This document shows, piece by piece, positions 8,862 to 15,216 of a stretch of DNA of 64,000 nt (positions are counted from its first letter, which is position 1; each line of letters begins with the position of its first letter). Position numbers and translations under genes: made by a program. The notes beneath the pieces are model-generated. The model saw only the letters and a program-made list of their open reading frames with translations. It was not told the DNA's origin and ran no database searches. Origin of the DNA: an uncultured Verrucomicrobiae bacterium (lineage in GTDB: Bacteria > Verrucomicrobiota > Verrucomicrobiia > Limisphaerales > UBA11358); assembly GCA_963708525.1 (NCBI GenBank), contig CAVPTH010000006.1, positions 194,775-258,774 on the forward strand, read 5' to 3'.

Positions 8862-9912
8862 ATGAAGTACAAATCACTCTGGAACATTTCCGTCAAGACG
8901 ACGTCGGAAGCGGAAGACGCCGTGGCCGAACTGCTGGGCGCCATTCTCGACCTGCCCGTGTCGACCTATCACGACAACGAAAGCGGCGTCAGCACGGTCA
9001 CAGTTTATCTTCAGCAGCAAACACTTTTGCCTCGCAAAATCCGCGCGGACGTTTCTGCCGGGCTGGAGCGAATCAGAAGCTGCGGGCTGAACCTTGGCTC
9101 CGGCAAAATCGTAATCGCCAGGGTACGGCGTGAAAACTGGGCTGAGTCCTGGAAACGGCACTTCAAGCCGATTGAAATCGGGTTCAAGAATCGGAGGGAC
9201 GAACGCTGCGAGTCCCCATCTTCTCACAACAAATCGGGGACTCGTGCAACTCGTCCCTCTGATAAATTTGGGGAAATCGCTCCTGATCAAGCCGAGCTGG
9301 AACAAGCGCAAGCCTCGCAAAGGCCAGGCGGTGATTGTGCTGGATCCCGGATTAAGTTTCGGCACCGGTCAGCACCCGACCACGGCATTCTGTCTTGGTC
9401 AAATGGTACAATTCCTCGGAAAACAGAAGAAGAAATCACACCGATCGGACGGGTCGGCGAGCCGTCCCTACCTTAAACCTCCGTCCTTTTTGGACCTTGG
9501 CACCGGGTCAGGGATTCTGGCGATCGCCGCAGCCAAATTGGGCTATTCGCCCATTCTTGGACTGGATTTCGACCCGGAGGCCGTCCGCGTGGCCAATGCC
9601 AACGCCCGCGCTAACCATGTGCTGCCGAGAGTGAAAATTCGGCGCGGTGATGTGACTAAATTGCCCATCCGTCCAGGACAACGGGGACACGGATACGATC
9701 TGGTTTGTGCAAACCTGATTTCCGACCTGTTGATCGCGCAGCGGCGCCGGATTGCGGCGCAATTGGCCCCTGATGGAACGTTGGTCTTGGCAGGGATTTT
9801 GAGGTCGGAATTTGCAACGGTCCAGAAAGCCTATAAAACAGTGGGGTTGCGGCTGGTTTCCCGCCGTACAGAAAAGGAGTGGTGCTCAGGTTCATTCCGC
9901 TTTGCCGGTTGA
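8862..9912 (+). CDS. prmA: Ribosomal protein L11 methyltransferase, interrupted by a palindromic insertion that changes frame
   Basis: ORF 8862..9476 gives the PrmA N-terminal domain up to ..WKRHFKPIEIG. ORF 9130..9912 gives ..KSLLIKPSWNKRKPRKGQAVIVLDPGLSFGTGQHPTT...LDLGTGSGILAIAAAKLG...DLVCANL. The two parts are in different frames, separated by 9183..9273. Confidence 0.85.
9190..9263. repeat. 74-nt nested-hairpin element inserted in prmA
   Basis: atcgGAGGGACGAacgctgCGAGTCCCC-atcttctcacaacaaatc-GGGGACTCGtgcaacTCGTCCCTCtgat. The arms are length-symmetric (28 + 18 + 28 nt). Confidence 0.8.
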
Positions 9913-10033
9913 AGATTTTTTGAACATCGGAATCCGGATGCCGGTCTGATTCACTGATGGTGTTAGTTATGGCCGAGTCATTGAAAATTGGCATTGTTTA
10001 CGCTGCAGGTTCGGGGGAAGAAAGGAAACAGTT

Positions 10034-10198
10034 ATGATGAAGACATTGGAAGTCATCGGCGAAGCAGTTCGCAACCCCAAATATTCATTCCGTAAAGCCG
10101 AACATCAGCCGAAAAAGGAGCGGAAACACCGTTACGAGCGCCGGAAAATCAAAGAGTACATTCATCTAGGCGACTGGCTGGGCGAAGAAATGGCCTGA
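10034..10198 (+). CDS. Small basic hypothetical protein (54 aa)
   Basis: Below the ORF-track cutoff. ATG at 10034 is preceded by aaaggaaaca. Translation: MMKTLEVIGEAVRNPKYSFRKAEHQPKKERKHRYERRKIKEYIHLGDWLGEEMA. No homology recognised. Confidence 0.3.
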   Translation: MMKTLEVIGEAVRNPKYSFRKAEHQPKKERKHRYERRKIKEYIHLGDWLGEEMA

Positions 10199-10267
10199 GG
10201 CCGGTTTTAAACAGCCTGTTCAGAAAGAGCCAGTCAGATCCAAACGGATCTGACGAATCAGGAAAAA

Positions 10268-10726
10268 TCACCGCTGGCAGTCCGGGCAGATCCCAAAAAA
10301 CTCCAGTTTGTGGGTCACGGCCTTGAAACCGTTTCGGGCGGCAATACGGGATTCAATTTCGCGGAGGAAACACTCGTCAATTTCCACCACCCCCGCACAA
10401 CGGGTGCAAATCAGGTGGTGATGATGACCATTGTCGCCCTCCCCCACCAGTTCAAATCGTGACGCGCCGTCACCGAAATCAAACCGCTGGACCATGCCCA
10501 TTTCCTCGAGCAGATGCATGGCGCGATAGATCGTGGCCAGGTCGCAGCGGTTCCCCGGCATGGCGGCGAAGATTTCCCGGTTGGTCATCGGGTGCGGGTG
10601 TTGCCGGAGAATTTCCAGGATGGCCTGGCGTGGACCGGTGATCTTTCGCGATTGCCCGCGCAAACGACCGGTCAACACTGATAATTCCTGTCGCTGATGT
10701 TTGCGGGCATGAGCACGGGATTTCAT
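10268..10726 (-). CDS. Fur-family metalloregulator (Fur/Zur/PerR not resolved)
   Basis: Winged-helix N-terminal part, then GHHHHLICTRCAGVVEIDEC and FGICPDCQ (two CxxC pairs). Confidence 0.85.
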   Translation of the reverse strand: MKSRAHARKHQRQELSVLTGRLRGQSRKITGPRQAILEILRQHPHPMTNREIFAAMPGNRCDLATIYRAMHLLEEMGMVQRFDFGDGASRFELVGEGDNGHHHHLICTRCAGVVEIDECFLREIESRIAARNGFKAVTHKLEFFGICPDCQR

Positions 10727-10877
10727 TGCCGGTCAAAAATTCCACGAATGATTTGAAAAAGCAAGGGCTTGAGCCCGCATGAACGCGTATTTGTACCGGG
10801 GCCGAACCCGCCGTCCGGGTGAATCGGTGCGCCTCAGCGGCCGAAAAGCTTGAGGAACTCAGCGAACCAACTGTGCT

Positions 10878-11135
10878 TTACTTCATCAGCAACATCTGGC
10901 GGGCGCGTTTGATGGCGCGCGTCAGGCGGCGCTGGTAATGAGCCGGCAGGCCCGTGTATTTGCGGGGCAGGATGCGGCCCTGATCGGTCACAAATTGCCG
11001 GAGCAGATTGGTGTTCTTGAAATCGAGCGCGTCGGCAGTGAAATCAATTTTCGGTTTCGGACGCACCGTACGGGATTCCATCGTGCGGCGCGACCCGCGG
11101 CGATCCGATTTGTCGGTATGGGTTCGGCGGGGCAT
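10878..11135 (-). CDS. rpsR: 30S ribosomal protein S18
   Basis: ..LDFKNTNLLRQFVTDQGRILPRKYTGLPAHYQRRLTRAIKRARQMLLMK. No Cys residues. Confidence 0.9.
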   Translation of the reverse strand: MPRRTHTDKSDRRGSRRTMESRTVRPKPKIDFTADALDFKNTNLLRQFVTDQGRILPRKYTGLPAHYQRRLTRAIKRARQMLLMK

Positions 11136-11137
11136 GG

Positions 11138-11305
11138 TTATTTGATTTCGCGGTGGAGGGTATGGCGGCGCAACGCCGGATTGTACTTCCTGATTTCCAG
11201 CTTTTCCGTCTTCAACTTCTTGTTGCGAGTGGTGGTGTAGCGCGACGGTGATTTACCCAGCTTACGCGCTTCGGTGCACTCAATGGTAATGATCTCGCGC
11301 GGCAT
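11138..11305 (-). CDS. rpmG: 50S ribosomal protein L33 (Cys-poor form)
   Basis: Internal ATG of ORF 11138..11383: [55 protein letters not shown]. It has only one Cys and no CxxC pairs. Confidence 0.9.
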   Translation of the reverse strand: MPREIITIECTEARKLGKSPSRYTTTRNKKLKTEKLEIRKYNPALRRHTLHREIK

Positions 11306-11309
11306 AAAT

Positions 11310-11864
11310 CTATTCCTTTTCCTTGGCCTTCTCTTCCAGTTCTTCCTCGTCGCCGTCTGTTTCAGCGACGCTGACGCTGTCAATGCTGCCCAGCTGGCCG
11401 AGCCGCCGCTGGCGGAGGGCGCCTTCGCGTTCCAGCTGCGCCTGGGCTTCGACGGTAAACCGCGTCCAGGGAATGGCCTCGAGCCGGGCCTTGGGAATGT
11501 TCTTGCCGGTCAATTCACAGGTGCCGTACGTCTTCTTCTCAATGCGCTTGAGCGCCTCCTCGATTTCGTAAACGGCGTCCTGGTCCGACGACAACAGGCT
11601 CAGGGCGAAGTCGCGGTCGAAATTATCGGTGCCCGAATCCGCCATGTGCAGGCTGTACCCCGGCATTTCCTGGGCGGATTCCTTGGCCAACCCGTTCATC
11701 TGATGGAGCAATTGGTCGCGCAGCTCCAGCAGCCGGTTGTAATACTTCTGCCACTCGGGCTTGATGCGCTTCGGCGCGACCGCCGTCCTGGATTTCGACA
11801 TCGGCTGGCCGAGGATGGCCGCCGCGGTGGCGCTGATGGGCGATTTGCCGCGAGTTGTTCCCAT
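11310..11864 (-). CDS. DksA/TraR-family protein with a degenerate zinc finger (1 of 4 Cys retained)
   Basis: ORF 11310..11936; likely start MGTTRGKS at 11864. Has a coiled-coil region with a DxxDxA-type motif ([11 protein letters not shown]), then [29 protein letters not shown] where canonical DksA has CxxC...CxxC. Confidence 0.75.
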   Translation of the reverse strand: MGTTRGKSPISATAAAILGQPMSKSRTAVAPKRIKPEWQKYYNRLLELRDQLLHQMNGLAKESAQEMPGYSLHMADSGTDNFDRDFALSLLSSDQDAVYEIEEALKRIEKKTYGTCELTGKNIPKARLEAIPWTRFTVEAQAQLEREGALRQRRLGQLGSIDSVSVAETDGDEEELEEKAKEKE

Positions 11865-12011
11865 GTTGGTCTCTTTCTTCTTCGTTGTCACAGTTAAAAA
11901 TTGATGTTCCGGTTTGCAAAGCAATTCCCGGTCCATTAAAGGCGCGGGAATCTAACAGACGGAAACAAATATGCTACAAAAATCTTCAAGAATCTTCGGT
12001 ACTGCCTGGAA

Positions 12012-12845
12012 TCAACCTTTCTCAATGCAGGCGTAGGCGTTGTGATTGTGGATGCTCTCGAAGTTTTCCGCCTCGACCTTGTACCAGTTCACCTGCGGAT
12101 GCGCGTTCAGCTTGAGCGCCACGTTGCGGACCAGGTCTTCGACAAACACCGGGTTATCGTAAGCCCGCTCCGTCACCGCCTTTTCATCCTCCCGCTTGAG
12201 CAGCGCGTAAAGCTCCGAACTCGCCGAGCTTTCAATCATTGTCACCACGTCCTCGATCCAGACCGGTTTCAGGAACCGCAGCGCCACCGTCACCAGACCG
12301 CGCTGGTTGTGCGCGCCATATTTGGCAATCGCCTTGGAACAAGGACACAAGGTTGTCACCTGCGCCTTCACGGTCAGAACAAAATCGATTGTCCCGTTGA
12401 TCGCCGCCGCGTCGAACCGTGCGATGTAATCCATCAGGCTTTCCCCGCGCGATACGGGCGACCGTTTGGACATGAAATACGGGAATTCGATCTCGAGGTG
12501 CGAGGAGGAGGCGTTCAGTTTCCGTTGCAGGGAGCGCAGAATGTCCGGGATGTTTTCCACGTGAATGACGTTGCCATGGGCATTGAGCACCTCGATGAAC
12601 CGGCTCATGTGGGTACCTTTGAATTCCTTCGGCAGGTCCACGAACATCCCGATGGTGGCCACCGTGTTTTGGATCGTGTGCGCCTTGTCGCGCACCTGGA
12701 TGGGAAAACGCAGGTTCCGGACGCCGACCTTGTCAATCCGCAATTCGCGGTAGTCCCGCCGGCTTTGCATATCATGCAACTTGTCGGCCGCCGCAGCTTT
12801 CCGCGCGATACGGGTGGTACCGCCGTTTCGGCTGATTTTGAACAT
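12012..12845 (-). CDS. folE2: GTP cyclohydrolase I type 2 (FolE2/MptA family)
   Basis: GTHMSRFIEVL, TTLCPCSKAIAKYGAHNQRG, ENFESIHNHNAYA. Confidence 0.9.
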   Translation of the reverse strand: MFKISRNGGTTRIARKAAAADKLHDMQSRRDYRELRIDKVGVRNLRFPIQVRDKAHTIQNTVATIGMFVDLPKEFKGTHMSRFIEVLNAHGNVIHVENIPDILRSLQRKLNASSSHLEIEFPYFMSKRSPVSRGESLMDYIARFDAAAINGTIDFVLTVKAQVTTLCPCSKAIAKYGAHNQRGLVTVALRFLKPVWIEDVVTMIESSASSELYALLKREDEKAVTERAYDNPVFVEDLVRNVALKLNAHPQVNWYKVEAENFESIHNHNAYACIEKG

Positions 12846-12892
12846 GAGTAGATACTAACAGCTTTGTGGCATTTGGTAAAATGGAATCCACA

Positions 12893-12949
12893 GGGAGGGT
12901 CGCCGTGTCGGCGAACCAAAATCAGGGACGGCGTCACACCGTCCCTCCC
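12893..12949. repeat. REP element: outer stem GGGAGGG/CCCTCCC enclosing two hairpins
   Basis: GGGAGGGTCGCCGtgtCGGCGAaccaaaatcaGGGACGGcgtcacaCCGTCCCTCCC, upstream of folE2. Confidence 0.75.
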
Positions 12950-12990
12950 TAAACACTGGACAAGTCGTGCTGAAAATTTAATTTCCTGCC

Positions 12991-13356
12991 ATGACCGTCA
13001 CCCGGACATTTGCCGACTCGTTTGCCACCGAATGGATTGCAGCCTGGAACGCCCGCGATTTGCCGCGCGTACTGTCGCATTATACCGAGGATTTTGAAAT
13101 GAGCTCGCCGCTCATTGTCGAAATCGTCGGGGAACCTTCCGGCTGCTTGCGGGGAAAGGAAAAGGTGCGCGCCTATTGGCAGGCCGCCTTGAACAAGCAT
13201 CCCGTATTGCAATTTGAACTGCTCGACGTATTTACCGGTGCTAACAGCATCCTGCTCCATTACCGGGGCAATTCGGGCAAGCGGGCGGCGGAAGTTTTAT
13301 TTTTTAACGAACAAGGTCTGGTCTATCGGGCCGCCGCGCTTTACAATGAAAACTAA
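12991..13356 (+). CDS. SnoaL-like / NTF2-fold protein
   Basis: 121 aa; N-terminal FATEWIAAWNARDLPRVLSHYTEDF is typical of the NTF2-like family. Confidence 0.6.
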   Translation: MTVTRTFADSFATEWIAAWNARDLPRVLSHYTEDFEMSSPLIVEIVGEPSGCLRGKEKVRAYWQAALNKHPVLQFELLDVFTGANSILLHYRGNSGKRAAEVLFFNEQGLVYRAAALYNEN

Positions 13357-13359
13357 TCC

Positions 13360-14289
13360 ATGCGCATACGCGTTCGCTTCCGGTTTATCCTGCTCCTGGC
13401 GGCGCTGTCAGGTTCCCCTGCCCTCGCTGACGACACCTTTCGCGTGGCCACTTTCAACGTGGAAAATTATCTCGACCAGCCGACGGAATCGCGGCCGCAG
13501 CCCAAACCTGCCACCGCCAAAGCCAAAGTGCGCGAAAGTATCCGCGCGCTGAACCCGGACGTGATTGCGCTGGAAGAGATGGGCGGCCTGAGTGCGCTCA
13601 TGGAATTGCGCGGCTCACTCAAAGGTGAAGGGCTGGATTTTCCCTATTGGGAACTGGTCAGCGGCGAGGACACGAATGTGCACGTGGCCGTGTTGAGCAA
13701 ACTGCCCATCGTTGCGCGCCGGCCGCACACGAATGAGGGTTTCCTGCTCGACGGCCGTCGTTTCCGCGTCAGCCGCGGTTTTGCCGAGCTCGACGTCCGT
13801 GCCGGGCCGGATTTTACCTTCACGATTATTGCTGCCCATTTGAAATCGCGCCGGCCGGTGCCTGAGGCCAACGAAACTGATCAACGGCTACAGGAAGCGA
13901 AAATGTTACGTCGCATTGTGGACAAGGATCTGGTTGCCAATCCCAATGCGCGGCTCGTAGTGCTCGGCGATTTCAACGACGTGAAGGATTCCGATTCCAC
14001 GAAGGAAATCATCGGACGCGGACGGTTCAAGCTCGTGGACACGCGCCCTGCCGAGCGCAACGGCGATAACTCGCCCGCAGCCAATGCCTGGTTCCAACCC
14101 CGCGACGTCACCTGGACGCATTATTACGGAAAAGAAGACACCTACAGTCGGATCGATTACATCCTGCTCAGTCCCGCGATGGCACGGGCATGGGATAAAG
14201 CAGGCACATACGTGCTGACGCAGCCGAACTGGGGCGTTGCCTCAGATCACCGTCCCATCGTCGCAACGTTCAGAGTGGAAAAGAACTGA
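13360..14289 (+). CDS. Secreted endonuclease/exonuclease/phosphatase (EEP) family protein
   Basis: Signal peptide, FRVATFNVENY, VIALEEM, VVLGDFND, SDHRPIVATF. Confidence 0.75.
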   Translation: MRIRVRFRFILLLAALSGSPALADDTFRVATFNVENYLDQPTESRPQPKPATAKAKVRESIRALNPDVIALEEMGGLSALMELRGSLKGEGLDFPYWELVSGEDTNVHVAVLSKLPIVARRPHTNEGFLLDGRRFRVSRGFAELDVRAGPDFTFTIIAAHLKSRRPVPEANETDQRLQEAKMLRRIVDKDLVANPNARLVVLGDFNDVKDSDSTKEIIGRGRFKLVDTRPAERNGDNSPAANAWFQPRDVTWTHYYGKEDTYSRIDYILLSPAMARAWDKAGTYVLTQPNWGVASDHRPIVATFRVEKN

Positions 14290-14451
14290 AATCGGGTGCG
14301 CGATTTCTTGATTAATTCGCTCCGCAGCGAGGTAGGCGTGGCGTCCATGTGGAATCACATCCCAAATAACAAATCCAGCCCAGCCCTTTCAAGCAAGAGC
14401 CGGGCGGCAAATTCCTACGATTTCGCTCCTGAACGGAGATTCCGCCTTTGC

Positions 14452-15132
14452 AATCCTGAAAGGATTGATTCATCCAGCCCGGCGTTAACGCGCCAGCGGC
14501 TACGCCGGGTCACCGTCCATAACCAATTCACCAACTCTGAAAGAGTTGAATAAACCATCCGACTTCAAGATTATCGTGTCATGTCCCAATCCCTCGCCAA
14601 AATCCTGGTTCACACCGATTTCTCGACCAAAGACCGGTGTCCGTTTCTTCGCGATAAATCGTTGCGGGAAGAATTGCACCGTTACCTCGGCGGCATTTTG
14701 ATGAACCAAGATTGCCAACCCCTCATCATTGGCGGCGTTGAGGATCATGTACATCTTCTCACGACACTCTCGCGCACGGGCACGGTGGCAGAAATGGTCA
14801 AGGAAATCAAACGCGGCTCATCGCTGTGGCTCAAGACAAGAAATTCCGCCCTGCACAATTTCGCATGGCAGAACGGCTACGGCATCTTTTCCATCGGCTT
14901 TTCGCAGGTCGAATCGGTACGGAATTATATCGCCGGGCAGGAGGAACATCATCAGAAGGTTTCCTTCCAGGACGAATTCAGGGACTTTTTGAGGCGGTAC
15001 GAGGTCGAATTTGACGAACGTTATGTTTGGGATTGAGGCAACTTCTTTCAGAGTTGTTTTTGGAACGAACTCGAACCCGGCGTAGCCGCTGCGCGTCAAC
15101 GCCGGGCTGATTGATTGAATCCCTTTGGGATT
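14452..15132 (+). mobile_element. RAYT unit: REP-associated tyrosine transposase gene bracketed by ~100-bp imperfect inverted repeats
   Basis: The left arm (14452..14550) and the reverse complement of the right arm (15039..15132) align over ~100 nt. They share the core CCCGGCGTT(A/G)ACGCGC(C)AGCGGCTACGCCGGG and the motifs CAACTCTGAAAGA(G)GTTG and AATCC..GGATT. Confidence 0.8.
14581..15036 (+). CDS. REP-associated tyrosine transposase (IS200/IS605 TnpA-like, Y1 family)
   Basis: 151 aa with the HUH motif (EDHVHLLT) and a C-terminal catalytic-Tyr region (VRNYIAGQEEHH). Confidence 0.85.
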   Translation: MSQSLAKILVHTDFSTKDRCPFLRDKSLREELHRYLGGILMNQDCQPLIIGGVEDHVHLLTTLSRTGTVAEMVKEIKRGSSLWLKTRNSALHNFAWQNGYGIFSIGFSQVESVRNYIAGQEEHHQKVSFQDEFRDFLRRYEVEFDERYVWD

Positions 15133-15216
15133 TTCCCACAGCGTCAGGCTGGACGAATTTCATCCCGTTGGGATGTGCTGCTTGTTTCCATGAACGTATG
15201 CTCGGCGTTCCAATCC

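Noticed and set aside
9183-9273. Programmed translational bypass (T4 gene 60-like hop) or an RNA-level intervening sequence across the prmA hairpin.
   Set aside because: I saw no matching take-off and landing codons and no in-frame stop right after the take-off point. Given ~25 likely indel errors in the window, a sequencing error or a plain disruptive insertion is far more probable. It is kept only as a remote alternative in the finding.
11865-12010. A Zur/Fur box upstream of the dksA-like/rpmG/rpsR array.
   Set aside because: I found only a direct AATCTT repeat (aatcttcaagaatctt) and a 4-bp dyad (TTGCaaaGCAA). Nothing resembles known Fur/Zur consensus sequences well enough to call.
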